A stretch of 64,000 nt of DNA from Rhodospirillales bacterium (GTDB taxonomy: Bacteria; Pseudomonadota; Alphaproteobacteria; UBA8366; JADFVY01). The translations under genes were made by a program, and so were the position numbers. Shown in pieces: positions 9,405 to 18,405 of this stretch. Positions within the stretch are counted from its first letter, which is position 1. Each line of letters starts with the position of its first letter. The stretch covers positions 3,749,119-3,813,118 of the forward strand of contig CP070634.1 in assembly GCA_020356105.1 (NCBI GenBank), written 5' to 3'. The notes beneath the pieces were generated by a model. The model did not search any database. It had not been told where the DNA came from and saw only the letters and a list, made by a program, of their open reading frames with translations.

Positions 9405-9641
9405 GTGATCCGTTATAGTCTGCAATGTGCCGACGGGCACGGGTTCGAGGAATGGTTCGACTCGATGGCCGAGTACGACCGCCGGGCGGCCGCCGGCGAT
9501 CTTGCCTGTCCTGACTGTGGCAGCCACGAGGTTGCCAAGGCAATCTCCGCCCCGAACGTGGCCCGCGGTGCGGCGGCACCGGCACCGGCCTGTCCCGCCA
9601 CCGGCGGGCCCGGTTGCGGCCGCTGCGCCTTCGACGCCTGA
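9405..9641 (+). CDS. DUF1178-family small zinc-ribbon protein
   Basis: GTG start at 9405 with gaggag RBS at 9393-9398. The sequence IRYSLQCADGHGFEEWFDSMAEYD...LACPDCGSHEVAKAISAP matches the DUF1178 pattern. The track ORF (9273) is 5'-extended. Confidence 0.75.
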   Translation: MIRYSLQCADGHGFEEWFDSMAEYDRRAAAGDLACPDCGSHEVAKAISAPNVARGAAAPAPACPATGGPGCGRCAFDA

Positions 9642-9650
9642 GCGAGGTGC

Positions 9651-10751
9651 TCAAGCTCGGCGCGCGTCGAGTTCCGCCGTGACCGCCGCCGAAACTGCCG
9701 ACGTGCCGGCATCACCGCCGATCTCGTACGGCAGCAGCGCGTCGCCCGAGAAGGCCGCATCCACCGCGTCGCGGATCAGCGCACCGGCGGTTTCCGCCTC
9801 CGGCACGCCGTGCCGCTCGCCGAGCCATTCCAGCATCATCGCGCCCGACAGGAACATCGCCGTCGGATTGGCCTTGCCCTGGCCTGCGATGTCCGGGGCG
9901 CTGCCGTGGCAGGGCTGGAACACCGCGTGGTGATCGCCGATATCGCCCGATGGTGCGAAGCCCAGCCCGCCGACCAGCCCGGCGCCGAGGTCGGAAAGGA
10001 TGTCGCCGAACATGTTCTCGGTGACCAGCACGTCGAGGTCCCAGGGCCGGCGCACCATGTTCAGCGCCGTCGCATCGACATAGGCGTGGTCGGCCGCAAC
10101 GTCCGGGTGCCGCGCGGCCATTTGGTCGAACACCGTGCGGAAAAAGGCGAAGGACTTGAAGACATTGGCTTTGTCGACGCAGGTCACGCGTCCGGGGCGG
10201 CCCTGCTGCCGCCGCCGGGCGCCAAGCCGCAAGGCGAATTCGAACAACCGCTCCGAGACCGCGCGGGTGATCACCATGGTGTCGCGCGCCTCCCTGTCGT
10301 CGAACACCTCGCCCTTGCCGTGCGAGGCGAACAGGCCTTCGGTCGACTCGCGGATGATGACAAAATCGAGCGTGCCGGCGCGCGGGTCGGCGAGGACCGG
10401 CGTCAGACCCGGGATGGCGCGCACCGGCCGCAGGCCGGCATAGAGGTCGAGGGCCATGCGCAGCTCGATCTGGGGCGAGATTTCGGTGCCGTCGGCATAG
10501 CGGATATCCGGCAGGCCCATGGCGGCGAGCAGGATCGCGTCAGCCGTCCGCGCTGCCGCCAGCGACGCCTCCGGCAGTGATTCGCCGGTCGTCGCATAAC
10601 AGCGGGCGCCTGCCGGCAGCCAGTCGAACTCCAGCGCAAAGCCACCCACCTTGCGCACCGCCGCCTCCAGCAGCGCAATGCAGGGACGCATGATCTCGTC
10701 GCCGATCCCGTCACCGGGGAACACGGCAATGCGGAAACACCTTTCGACCAT
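9651..10751 (-). CDS. Isocitrate/isopropylmalate dehydrogenase-family enzyme (tartrate/D-malate dehydrogenase-like)
   Basis: 366-aa ORF. Motifs FPGDGIGDEI, IIRESTEGLF and ENMFGDILSDLGAGLVGGLG are characteristic of the beta-decarboxylating dehydrogenase family. Confidence 0.85.
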   Translation of the reverse strand: MVERCFRIAVFPGDGIGDEIMRPCIALLEAAVRKVGGFALEFDWLPAGARCYATTGESLPEASLAAARTADAILLAAMGLPDIRYADGTEISPQIELRMALDLYAGLRPVRAIPGLTPVLADPRAGTLDFVIIRESTEGLFASHGKGEVFDDREARDTMVITRAVSERLFEFALRLGARRRQQGRPGRVTCVDKANVFKSFAFFRTVFDQMAARHPDVAADHAYVDATALNMVRRPWDLDVLVTENMFGDILSDLGAGLVGGLGFAPSGDIGDHHAVFQPCHGSAPDIAGQGKANPTAMFLSGAMMLEWLGERHGVPEAETAGALIRDAVDAAFSGDALLPYEIGGDAGTSAVSAAVTAELDARRA

Positions 10752-10865
10752 GCTGCGGCCCGACCTTCGCTTCGTGCGATCACGATGCGCCCATCCTTAG
10801 CGCAGCCGGCGGTCCCGCGCCAGCCGCGAAGACGCCTCCGGTCTGCCCGGGTCGGGCCTCCGCCC

Positions 10866-11375
10866 TCAGCCTTCCGATGCCTCGTCGAACGGGAACAGTT
10901 CCACCAGTGATTTGAGGGTGTGGTAGGAATGCGCCGTGATCATCGTGTCGACGCGAGAGCCGTCGGCGCTCAACGGCAGGGCGACGAATGTCTGCCCGGC
11001 ATACGGTTTGCCGCAGAAGGCGAGCGAGGTTTCGACGATTGCCGGCGACCACTCATCGACGCAAATGTCATACGCCTTCTTGCAGCGGTCGCCATCCACC
11101 CCCGGGGTCACTTCCGAGCACCATTTGCCAGTGATCTCCTGACCCATCATACGGGTAACCTCGGTGCCGTTCAGTCGTACCATGAAATCGCGCGGTTCGT
11201 GCCGAACCTCGAGAATATTCACGTAACCAAGCAAGTCGGGAATCTCGGTCGGATCGATGTCGTCGCGCCTCGGCGCGCGACGACCGTGGCGCTTCTTTTC
11301 CCAGTATTCGTAGAGACGCCGGAGGCGTCGATCCTCAATATCCGCGGGGCCGCTGACGCGGCTGGCTTCCTTCAT
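10866..11375 (-). CDS. Stand-alone PAS-like domain protein (DUF1457-like)
   Basis: 169-aa ORF. LRRLYEYWEKKRHGRRAPRRDDIDPTEIPDLLGYVNILEV matches the small PAS-fold proteins common in alphaproteobacteria. Confidence 0.65.
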   Translation of the reverse strand: MKEASRVSGPADIEDRRLRRLYEYWEKKRHGRRAPRRDDIDPTEIPDLLGYVNILEVRHEPRDFMVRLNGTEVTRMMGQEITGKWCSEVTPGVDGDRCKKAYDICVDEWSPAIVETSLAFCGKPYAGQTFVALPLSADGSRVDTMITAHSYHTLKSLVELFPFDEASEG

Positions 11376-11621
11376 GCGCCGGCACTCCGTTGTCTGGTTC
11401 TTCTTGTTGAGCCGTTATGCCGCGCCCCGTCCGTGGAACCGGAGGTACTTCCCCGTACCATCGGTACACGCCGGCATTCTGCCATAATTGGACGATGGGC
11501 ACAACTATTAAAGATATTAATTCCGGTCGTCCATGCAACCATGGAGAAGCGCTGCGCCCGGCCGCATGGCGGGCATGTCCGCGCCTTGCCTTGCCCCTGC
11601 CAGCTGGCGCATAATCGGGCC

Positions 11622-11978
11622 ATGTCAGTCGACGACAAAGCGAGACTGCGCCGCCATCATGACATGGGCGGCTTGGATGCGGGACCGGTCCAACGCATCG
11701 AGCACGAATATGCGCCGTGGGAAAAACGCACTGATGCGATCTTGCGTCTGTTGTCCAGTCCGAAGCGCGCGGTCCTGCAGATCGACGAGTTGCGGCGCGC
11801 CATCGAAGACCTCGGTCCCGGCGCCTATGACGAGTTGAATTATTACGAGCGCTGGATCGCCGCGATCTCCAATCTTCTGCTCGAGAAGGGCGTGATCACG
11901 GTCGACGAACTGGGACGCAAGATGGCGGAGGTTACCGCGCGTCACGAGGCCGAACGCGCCCGGGGACGTGCGGGATGA
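11622..11978 (+). CDS. Nitrile hydratase beta-subunit N-terminal-half homologue (SCNase beta-like)
   Basis: ATG at 11622 inside track ORF 10920..11978. HDMGGLDAGPV...YAPWEKRTDAIL...YYERWIAAISNLLLEKGVITVDEL matches the N-terminal domain of NHase beta. Its stop overlaps the next start (ATGA). Confidence 0.75.
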   Translation: MSVDDKARLRRHHDMGGLDAGPVQRIEHEYAPWEKRTDAILRLLSSPKRAVLQIDELRRAIEDLGPGAYDELNYYERWIAAISNLLLEKGVITVDELGRKMAEVTARHEAERARGRAG

Positions 11979-12277
11979 GCGTGCCGCGATTTCCCGTCGG
12001 CGCCGCCGTGCGGATCCGGCGCGCCTATCCGCCGGGCCATGTCCGCGCGCCGTTCTATCTGCGCGGCTGCGCTGGCGCGGTCAACCAGATCGTCGGCGAG
12101 ATGGGGGACCCGGAAGAGCTCGCCTACGGGCGCGGCAAAGGGCAACCGGTGACCGTGTACCGCGTGCGCCTGCGACAGCCCGACATCTGGCCCGACTACG
12201 CCGGGCCGCCGCACGACACGCTGGTCGTCGACGTCTACGAGAACTGGCTCGAGGCGAACGGAGAGGAGGGACCGTGA
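11975..12277 (+). CDS. Nitrile hydratase beta-subunit C-terminal (SH3-like) half homologue (SCNase alpha-like)
   Basis: 100-aa ORF. FPVGAAVRIRR...VYRVRLRQPDIWPDYAGPPHDTLVVDVYENWLE matches the C-terminal beta-barrel domain of NHase beta. Its stop overlaps the next start (GTGA). Confidence 0.75.
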   Translation: MSVPRFPVGAAVRIRRAYPPGHVRAPFYLRGCAGAVNQIVGEMGDPEELAYGRGKGQPVTVYRVRLRQPDIWPDYAGPPHDTLVVDVYENWLEANGEEGP

Positions 12278-12918
12278 GCGACCCGCACGGACATTCCCAT
12301 TCGCATCCGCCGCACCCTTACCAGCCGGACCTCGAAGATGCGCCGCTGACCCATTACCAGATCCTGGAACTGGCGGTGGCTGAGTTGCTGATCGAGAAGG
12401 GGATCTTTACGGGCGACGACATGCGCCGCGTGCTGGAGAATATCGATTCCCGCAGCCCGGCCGACGGCGCAAAGGTAATCGCCCGCGCCTGGGTCGATCC
12501 CGAATTCAAATCGCGGCTGATGGCTGACACGAACGCGGCCGCGGCCGAGCTCGGTATCGACGCCGGCACGATCCCGATCCACACGGTCGAGAACACGCCA
12601 GAGGTCCACAACGTGATCGTCTGCACGCTTTGCTCATGCTATCCACGGCTGCTGCTCGGCCTGCCGCCCGACTGGTACAAGTCACGGGCCTATCGCAGCC
12701 GCTTGGTGCGCGAGCCGCGCGCCGTGCTGGCCGAGTTCGGCACGGAACTTCCGGATGACATCGAGGTCCGGGTCCACGACAGTACCGCCGAGTTGCGTTA
12801 TCTCGTACTGCCGATGCGTCCGGCGGGCACCGAGGGTTTGGACGAGGCTGCGCTGGCGGATTTCGTCACCCGCGACTGCATGATCGGCGTGACCCTGCCC
12901 CGCAGCCCCGACGGCTGA
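12274..12918 (+). CDS. Nitrile hydratase alpha-subunit family catalytic protein, cobalt-type motif
   Basis: GTG at 12274 with gagaggagg RBS. The metal-claw motif VCTLCSCYP (Thr and Tyr indicate Co-type) is followed by WYKSRAYRSRLVREPRAVLAEFG. The N-terminus is His-rich (SDPHGHSHSHPPHP). Confidence 0.9.
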   Translation: MSDPHGHSHSHPPHPYQPDLEDAPLTHYQILELAVAELLIEKGIFTGDDMRRVLENIDSRSPADGAKVIARAWVDPEFKSRLMADTNAAAAELGIDAGTIPIHTVENTPEVHNVIVCTLCSCYPRLLLGLPPDWYKSRAYRSRLVREPRAVLAEFGTELPDDIEVRVHDSTAELRYLVLPMRPAGTEGLDEAALADFVTRDCMIGVTLPRSPDG

Positions 12919-12931
12919 TGGCGATCCCGGA

Positions 12932-13390
12932 TTGATTTCCGCCGGATTAGCGTTCGGTGGCTATTTCGGGCTGTTCCTCTCGGCCGTGCTCGCAGCCACC
13001 CTGTTGCCGTTGTCGTCGGAGGCGGTCCTCGTCGCGCTGTCGCAGGCACGCGGTTTCGATGTCGTTCTGCTGTTCGCCGTCGCGACGTTCGGCAACACGG
13101 TGGGCGCAACGGTGAACTGGGCGCTCGGGCGGTACTGCTTGAGATGGCGGCACCGCAGATGGTTTCCCGTTTCGGCGGATCAGCTGAACCGCGCCGGGTC
13201 GCAATTCCAGCGCTACGGCCTGTGGTCGCTGCTGTTTGCCTGGATGCCTGTGATCGGCGACCCGCTGACCTTCGCGGCCGGCATCCTGCGCGTGCATCTT
13301 CTGCCCTTCCTCGTTCTCGTCGGCATCGGCAAGGGCGCTCGATACGCTGCGGTCATCCTGCTTGCGGACAGCGTCCTGACTTCGTCCTGA
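12932..13390 (+). CDS. YqaA/DedA-like small membrane protein
   Basis: 152-aa ORF with TTG start. LFLSAVLAATLLPLSSEAVLVAL and WMPVIGDPLTFAAGILRV resemble the YqaA (SNARE-associated/DedA-related) family. It starts 14 nt after the NHase alpha-like gene. Confidence 0.65.
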   Translation: MISAGLAFGGYFGLFLSAVLAATLLPLSSEAVLVALSQARGFDVVLLFAVATFGNTVGATVNWALGRYCLRWRHRRWFPVSADQLNRAGSQFQRYGLWSLLFAWMPVIGDPLTFAAGILRVHLLPFLVLVGIGKGARYAAVILLADSVLTSS

Positions 13391-13419
13391 TCGAGTACGC
13401 GGGGGACGCTGCGAGGGTG

Positions 13420-14175
13420 TCACGCGCCGCCGCCTCCCCCTGCCCCCGTGGCGAGCTGCAATATCGCCTTGCACGCGTCCTCCGGGCTTCTGACGAAGCC
13501 GGGGAAATCGGCTCGTGCCGCGATGGCGCCGCGGCGCAGATCGACGCCCTCGGGATCAACGCCGGTTGCCCGCCAGCCACGAGTCAGCTCGCCGCAGGCT
13601 GTCGCGGCGATCCGATCAAGCCACTCAGCATGGTCCGAGTTGAGCTGGTCGACAATGTCCTTTTCGGCACGGCAGAGCGCCTGCATCGCTGTCGTATCGA
13701 CCACAAGGTCGCCACCCTCGACCCATTCGACCTTGCCGAACCCCGCCACCAGATGGGCGCGGCGGGGGCGCACGCGAACCAGATGAAAATCGGCGAATTC
13801 GGCGTATCGCTCGGCCGATGGGTGGCGTCGCAGATAACGGCCCATCATCGCCTCATCGACGACCATCTCCGCCTTGCCCTGCAGCGATACGCGCGGTCCC
13901 GTAAGCGGGTCGTCCAGCCCACCCGTGCCGTCAAAGAGCAGTGCGACCCGCGAATCGGCGCGCAGGTTCCTCGTGTGGTCGGCAAGGTCGGAGATCAACA
14001 GCAGCGGGCTGGCGTCATGGTCGCAGGCGACCAGCACCAGCGATGCGTATGGCCACGGGCCCTCGACGCCGGCCTTGCCCCTGCCGGCCGTGGTCGCTAG
14101 GCCAGCGCGATCGATGCCACGGATCAGCCGCCGGCACTGCGTGGCAGCCGCCAGTTCAGCCGGACCGCCGGTCAT
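13420..14175 (-). CDS. HugZ/pyridoxamine-5'-phosphate-oxidase-like protein with DUF2470-like C-terminus
   Basis: 251-aa ORF. The split-barrel-like N-terminus (PYASLVLVACDHDASPLLLISDLADHTRNL..DSRVALL) matches this family. Its ATG overlaps the cbtA stop (ATGA). Confidence 0.65.
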   Translation of the reverse strand: MTGGPAELAAATQCRRLIRGIDRAGLATTAGRGKAGVEGPWPYASLVLVACDHDASPLLLISDLADHTRNLRADSRVALLFDGTGGLDDPLTGPRVSLQGKAEMVVDEAMMGRYLRRHPSAERYAEFADFHLVRVRPRRAHLVAGFGKVEWVEGGDLVVDTTAMQALCRAEKDIVDQLNSDHAEWLDRIAATACGELTRGWRATGVDPEGVDLRRGAIAARADFPGFVRSPEDACKAILQLATGAGGGGGA

Positions 14176-14834
14176 GCCCCCGCCGTCGCGCCGCCCTGGT
14201 CGAGCCCGAACCGGTCATGAAAATATCCGCAGGCCGCACCCAACACGCCCCAGAACACGGCGCTGGTGCCCAGCGAGACCGCTACGAATTGTGCGGCAAG
14301 CTCCGCCGGAACCGCGCCTCCCGATTCCTGAGGGTGCGGCGCGCCGACGACATGCGGACATCCGATCAGCACGATCCCGGCAAGCCGCGCCGGCCAGCTC
14401 CCGGCAAACATCAGAAGCCAGAGACCGCTGGCCGTGGCGGCGACAGTGAGAAGCCACCAGACCTGTCGTAGCGCCAATGGCGCCGCGCCGGCTCCGGGCA
14501 GCTCCGGCGGGAGTCCGAAGGCGGGCGCCAGTGCAAAGGCGGCGAAACCGCCGGCGCCCCACATCAGACCGCGACGAAACCCAACCGGTCGGCCGCGCAG
14601 CGTGAGAACGGCCGACAGCATCAGCCCGAATGCGGCACCGGTGAGAATGTTGAACATTAACGTATGAAGCGCGCGACCCGGCGCCGCTTCCTGTTGACCG
14701 GCCGCCGCCGCAGCGTGTTCGAAAACCTCGGCCTGAAGGATCAAAGGCTGGATCTTCGCAAGATAGAGAGCCGTCAGTACCGCACTCGCGACCAGCCCCG
14801 CCAGCAGGCCGGTCAGCAACGTCCGCGATATCAT
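14172..14834 (-). CDS. cbtA: Cobalt transporter subunit CbtA
   Basis: 220-aa ORF with five or more hydrophobic segments. The N-terminus MISRTLLTGLLAGLVASAVLTALYLAKIQPLILQAEVFEH is typical of CbtA. It follows cbtB by 9 nt. Confidence 0.8.
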   Translation of the reverse strand: MISRTLLTGLLAGLVASAVLTALYLAKIQPLILQAEVFEHAAAAAGQQEAAPGRALHTLMFNILTGAAFGLMLSAVLTLRGRPVGFRRGLMWGAGGFAAFALAPAFGLPPELPGAGAAPLALRQVWWLLTVAATASGLWLLMFAGSWPARLAGIVLIGCPHVVGAPHPQESGGAVPAELAAQFVAVSLGTSAVFWGVLGAACGYFHDRFGLDQGGATAGA

Positions 14835-14843
14835 CGGGGAGGC

Positions 14844-15023
14844 CTAGTGGCAGGGAAACGCAACCGAATGTCGGGAGTCGTGTGCGGCATCGTGCGAAAC
14901 CTGGGCGAAGCCTGCGGCGAACAACAGGAAGACCCCCAGAAATCCGGCGATCAGCGCCGCCGTTAACCGAGAACCTGACCGTAAGACCGACTCTCCGCCA
15001 CGAATCGAAGCCAAGCGCGACAT
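14844..15023 (-). CDS. cbtB: Cobalt transporter subunit CbtB (59 aa, absent from the ORF track)
   Basis: My own translation of the minus strand gives MSRLASIRGGESVLRSGSRLTAALIAGFLGVFLLFAAGFAQVSHDAAHDSRHSVAFPCH. It has one TM helix plus the C-terminal HDxxHDxRHxxxFPCH signature of CbtB, and RBS ggagggtga before the ATG at 15023. Confidence 0.8.
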   Translation of the reverse strand: MSRLASIRGGESVLRSGSRLTAALIAGFLGVFLLFAAGFAQVSHDAAHDSRHSVAFPCH

Positions 15024-15089
15024 ATCACCCTCCGTGCGTCGTGCGGGACCCTGCTAATTGTCCCGTGTTGTTTCCACCGGATAGCGTAC

Positions 15090-15295
15090 GCTCCGGGGGA
15101 TGGCAGGTCTCCTGGCTCGCGGCTCGCCGTCCCTGTTCACGCCTTCCCGGTCACCCAGTGGCCCGAACCCGCCCGGTTCGTTCAGAACGGGGACTCGCCG
15201 CCTACAGTTGCGGGGGCAGCCACGGCATTGTCCGGCTGGGGCCGGACGCACCGTGTTCCCTTTTCATCTCCCCTCGCGGAAGAACCATCGCCGCG
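15090..15295 (-). promoter_or_regulatory. Cobalamin (B12) riboswitch upstream of cbtB-cbtA
   Basis: The minus-strand RNA reads GGTTCTTCCGCGAGGGGAGATGAAAAGGGAACACGGTGCG...GCCGTGGCTGCCCCCGCAACTGTAGGCGGCGAG...GGGCCACTGGGTGACCGGGAAGGCG...GCCAGGAGACCTGCC. This contains the conserved GGGAA, GCCACTG (B12 box) and CAGGAGACCTGCC elements. Confidence 0.85.
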
Positions 15296-15764
15296 ACACT
15301 AATTCAGGATGAATGGCGCCGTCAATGGAATGCGCCCATTGCGCCTGCGTGGGTCGCTATTGCCCCCCCGGGGCCGATCCTGTGGTTGGATCTGCAAGGA
15401 ACCTGTCCAGAAGGGCGCCGTCACCAATGTAGAATGCCAGCAACGCCATCACCGCAATCGCCGCCAGTGCCGCGACGACGGCGGTGAACGGAACCGAACT
15501 GCGACGACGCCGGCCGATCATGGCTCTGCCGCTCTGTAACCTGCTGCGGCGCGTGAACGGCGGTCGCATCTTGAAATCCGCAATGACATATATGAAATCT
15601 ACGACATTCCGGCGATCGAGACCGCATGACATATCGCCGCATTGTCCATCGGTGGGGACAGGAATAATCTCCCAAGGGCCGCATTTCGGCCACAGCACGG
15701 TGCAATCATGGCGTTACCCGACGATTTGGGAGTATACTGTCCACGATTGACACTAGGAGAGTGC

Positions 15765-16466
15765 ATGATGCACCAGACGATCGCGCTGGTCGACGACGAC
15801 CGCAACATCCTTACCTCCGTTTCGATGGCCCTGGAAGCCGAGGGGTTTCAGGTGCGTACCTATGCGGATGGTGAGGAGGCTTTGCGCGGCCTGACCCAGC
15901 GGCCGGTCGACCTTGCCATTCTGGACATCAAGATGCCGCGCTTGGACGGTATGGAATTGCTGCAGCGCATGCGCAAGAGTGTCAAGACGCCCGTCATATT
16001 CCTGACATCAAAGGACGATGAGATCGACGAGGTGGTTGGCCTGCGCATGGGTGCCGACGATTACATCACCAAGCCGTTTTCCCAGCGCCTGCTGATCGAG
16101 CGGATCCGCGCCCTGCTGCGGCGAGCCGATCTGAGCGGCGACGACGAGGAGGGCAAGGGCGAAGGAATCATGGTTCGCGGCAATCTGGTCCTGGATTCGG
16201 ATCGCCATGTTTGCACCTGGAAGGAACAGCCGATTTCCCTTACGGTTACGGAGTTCCTGCTGCTTAAGGCGCTGGCCCAACGGCCGGGCCACGTCAAGAA
16301 CCGCGATCAGCTGATGGATGCGGCCTACGGCGAGAGCATCTATGTCGATGATCGTACCATCGACAGTCATATCAAGCGACTGCGCAAGAAATTCAAAGTC
16401 GTGGACAGCGATTTCGCGCAGATCGAGACACTCTATGGGGTAGGATACCGCTACCGAGAGGCATGA
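15765..16466 (+). CDS. chvI: OmpR-family response regulator ChvI
   Basis: ATG at 15765/15768 after aggaga. [23 protein letters not shown]...[13 protein letters not shown]...[10 protein letters not shown] plus a winged-helix C-terminus ending YGVGYRYRE. Its stop overlaps the chvG start (ATGA). Confidence 0.9.
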   Translation: MMHQTIALVDDDRNILTSVSMALEAEGFQVRTYADGEEALRGLTQRPVDLAILDIKMPRLDGMELLQRMRKSVKTPVIFLTSKDDEIDEVVGLRMGADDYITKPFSQRLLIERIRALLRRADLSGDDEEGKGEGIMVRGNLVLDSDRHVCTWKEQPISLTVTEFLLLKALAQRPGHVKNRDQLMDAAYGESIYVDDRTIDSHIKRLRKKFKVVDSDFAQIETLYGVGYRYREA

Positions 16467-18244
16467 CGGCGGAGCTTGGGTGGGACGATGCCGGGGTAAG
16501 GCCGGACGGTGCGGCGCAGGAAAGCGCACCGGAAGGGGTCAAGGCCGAGCCACGCCGGCAACGAGCCCCAAAGAACGCGCGGACCGGGCCTGTCGGTGAG
16601 CGTCCCGTCAAGTTCGGTGGAGTCGCCGGACGCGCTTCGCGATCGCACAGCGATCGGCTGCTCTCGCCGCTGACCCGAAAAATCCTCGGCGTCAACATGT
16701 TCGCGCTGATCATTCCTGTGGTTGGCCTGCTTTATCTCGGCGCGTATCGCGACAGCCTGATCGAAGCGGAACTCGAAGCGCTCAAGACCCAGGGGGAGGT
16801 CTTCGCCGGCGCGATCGGCGAAGGGGCGATCGCCACGACCCTAAGCGGTGACCAGACTCTGGATATCGCCCCGGCCCGGCAGATCGTGACGCGGTTGAGC
16901 GATCTGTCGGCGCTGCGTGCGCGCCTGTTCCTCCCGAACGGTGAGCTGGCGGCGGACAGCCGTCTGCTGATCGGCGGCGGCGTCGTCGTCGAGGTACAAG
17001 TGCTCGAGGCCCCCGACGAACCGGCACCGTTCCTCGAGCCATTGATCAGAATTCTGGACTGGCTGCCGCGCCGCCGAGATTTGCCGCCCTACCGCGAGGC
17101 TCCGACGCAGTTCGCCACCGACTACGTCGAAGTGCTGTCGGCGCTCAACGGCGACGTCGCCAATATGTTGCGGCTGGATCCGTCGTCCCAGGAGTATGTG
17201 CTGACCGTCTCCGTGCCAGTCCAGCGTTACCGTCAGGTGCTGGGCGCGCTGATGATATCGAAAGGTGGCGCCGAGATCGACCGGGCGGTGCGCTCGCTGC
17301 GGCTTGACGTCCTCAAGCTGTTCGCCGGCGCCTTGGTCATCACGACGCTGTTGTCCTTCTACCTTGCCGGCACCATCGCGCGGCCCGTGCGCCGCCTAGC
17401 CGCCGCGGCGGAGCGGGTGCGCCGCGACATCGGTCGGCAGACCCACCCGATTCCCGATCTCACCCATCGAAGGGATGAGATCGGCGACCTTTCGGGTAGT
17501 TTTCGGGCCATGACCGAGGAACTGCAGGCGCAGCTCGATGCGATCGAGCGATTCGCGGCGGATGTCAGCCACGAGCTCAAGAACCCGTTGACCTCGTTGC
17601 GCAGTGCCGTCGAAACCGCTGCAAGGGTGAAGAACGTGGGCCAGCGCGAACAGCTGCTGGCGATCGTAGAAGACGACGTGCGGCGGCTTGACAGGCTGAT
17701 TACGGACATCTCGGATGCGTCTCGACTCGATGCCGAGCTGAACCGGGCCCAGGCGCAGACGGTCGATCTCGCGGCGGTGCTGTCGACGCTGGCGGATATT
17801 CACAATGCAACCGGCGGCGACACCAGCGCCGCGCAGGTTGTTCTAGGATTCCCGCCCGGCACTGAGCTGTTGGTTTCGGGTATGGAGGATCGGCTGTTCC
17901 AGGTATTCCAGAATCTGATTGTCAACGCTGTCAGCTTCAGCCCGCCGAACGGCAAGATTCTCGTCACCGCTCGCCGCGACGGGAGCATTATGGAGTTGCT
18001 TGTGGAGGATGAGGGGCCCGGTATCCCGGGCAACAAGCTGGAGGCAATCTTCGAGCGATTCTACAGTGAGCGCCCGTCTGCCGAGAAGTTCGGCACGCAT
18101 TCGGGGCTGGGATTGTCGATTTCGAAACAGATTGTTGAGGCGCATGGTGGCACGATTCGCGCCGAGAATGTCCGGGCCGATGACGACACGATCTCCGGCG
18201 CCCGCTTCATTGTGCGGCTGCCGGTCGCATCGGCCAGCGCGTAG
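16463..18244 (+). CDS. chvG: Sensor histidine kinase ChvG (ExoS/BvrS homologue)
   Basis: 593-aa ORF with two TM segments flanking a periplasmic domain, a HAMP region, an H-box ([16 protein letters not shown]) and an ATPase domain ([16 protein letters not shown]). Confidence 0.9.
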   Translation: MTAELGWDDAGVRPDGAAQESAPEGVKAEPRRQRAPKNARTGPVGERPVKFGGVAGRASRSHSDRLLSPLTRKILGVNMFALIIPVVGLLYLGAYRDSLIEAELEALKTQGEVFAGAIGEGAIATTLSGDQTLDIAPARQIVTRLSDLSALRARLFLPNGELAADSRLLIGGGVVVEVQVLEAPDEPAPFLEPLIRILDWLPRRRDLPPYREAPTQFATDYVEVLSALNGDVANMLRLDPSSQEYVLTVSVPVQRYRQVLGALMISKGGAEIDRAVRSLRLDVLKLFAGALVITTLLSFYLAGTIARPVRRLAAAAERVRRDIGRQTHPIPDLTHRRDEIGDLSGSFRAMTEELQAQLDAIERFAADVSHELKNPLTSLRSAVETAARVKNVGQREQLLAIVEDDVRRLDRLITDISDASRLDAELNRAQAQTVDLAAVLSTLADIHNATGGDTSAAQVVLGFPPGTELLVSGMEDRLFQVFQNLIVNAVSFSPPNGKILVTARRDGSIMELLVEDEGPGIPGNKLEAIFERFYSERPSAEKFGTHSGLGLSISKQIVEAHGGTIRAENVRADDDTISGARFIVRLPVASASA

Positions 18245-18405
18245 AGTTCGCGCGGAGGCGGTCGTCGGCGGACCGCGGTCGCGGCCTCAGCTACGACGGG
18301 AATTCCAATCAGCCACCAAATTCGGTACTGTTGGTGACGATGTGTTGGCTGTTTGCCGGCATCGGGATCAGCCCGGCACCGGATGGCGGGGAGAGGAAGC
18401 GACTT

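Noticed and set aside
11622-12277. Reading the two beta-like ORFs as one frameshifted (pseudogenised) NHase beta gene.
   Set aside because: Each half has its own start codon with a precise ATGA/GTGA coupling to the neighbouring gene. The same natural split is known in thiocyanate hydrolase and toyocamycin NHase. A sequencing artefact cannot be excluded without reads.
15357-15698. 113-aa minus-strand ORF, or its 54-aa inner version starting at 15521 (MIGRRRRSSVPFTAVVAALAAIAVMALLAFYIG..), between the riboswitch and chvI.
   Set aside because: The inner version could be a small single-TM protein. However, it has no convincing RBS and no recognisable family, and the longer version has implausible composition. 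I left it uncalled.
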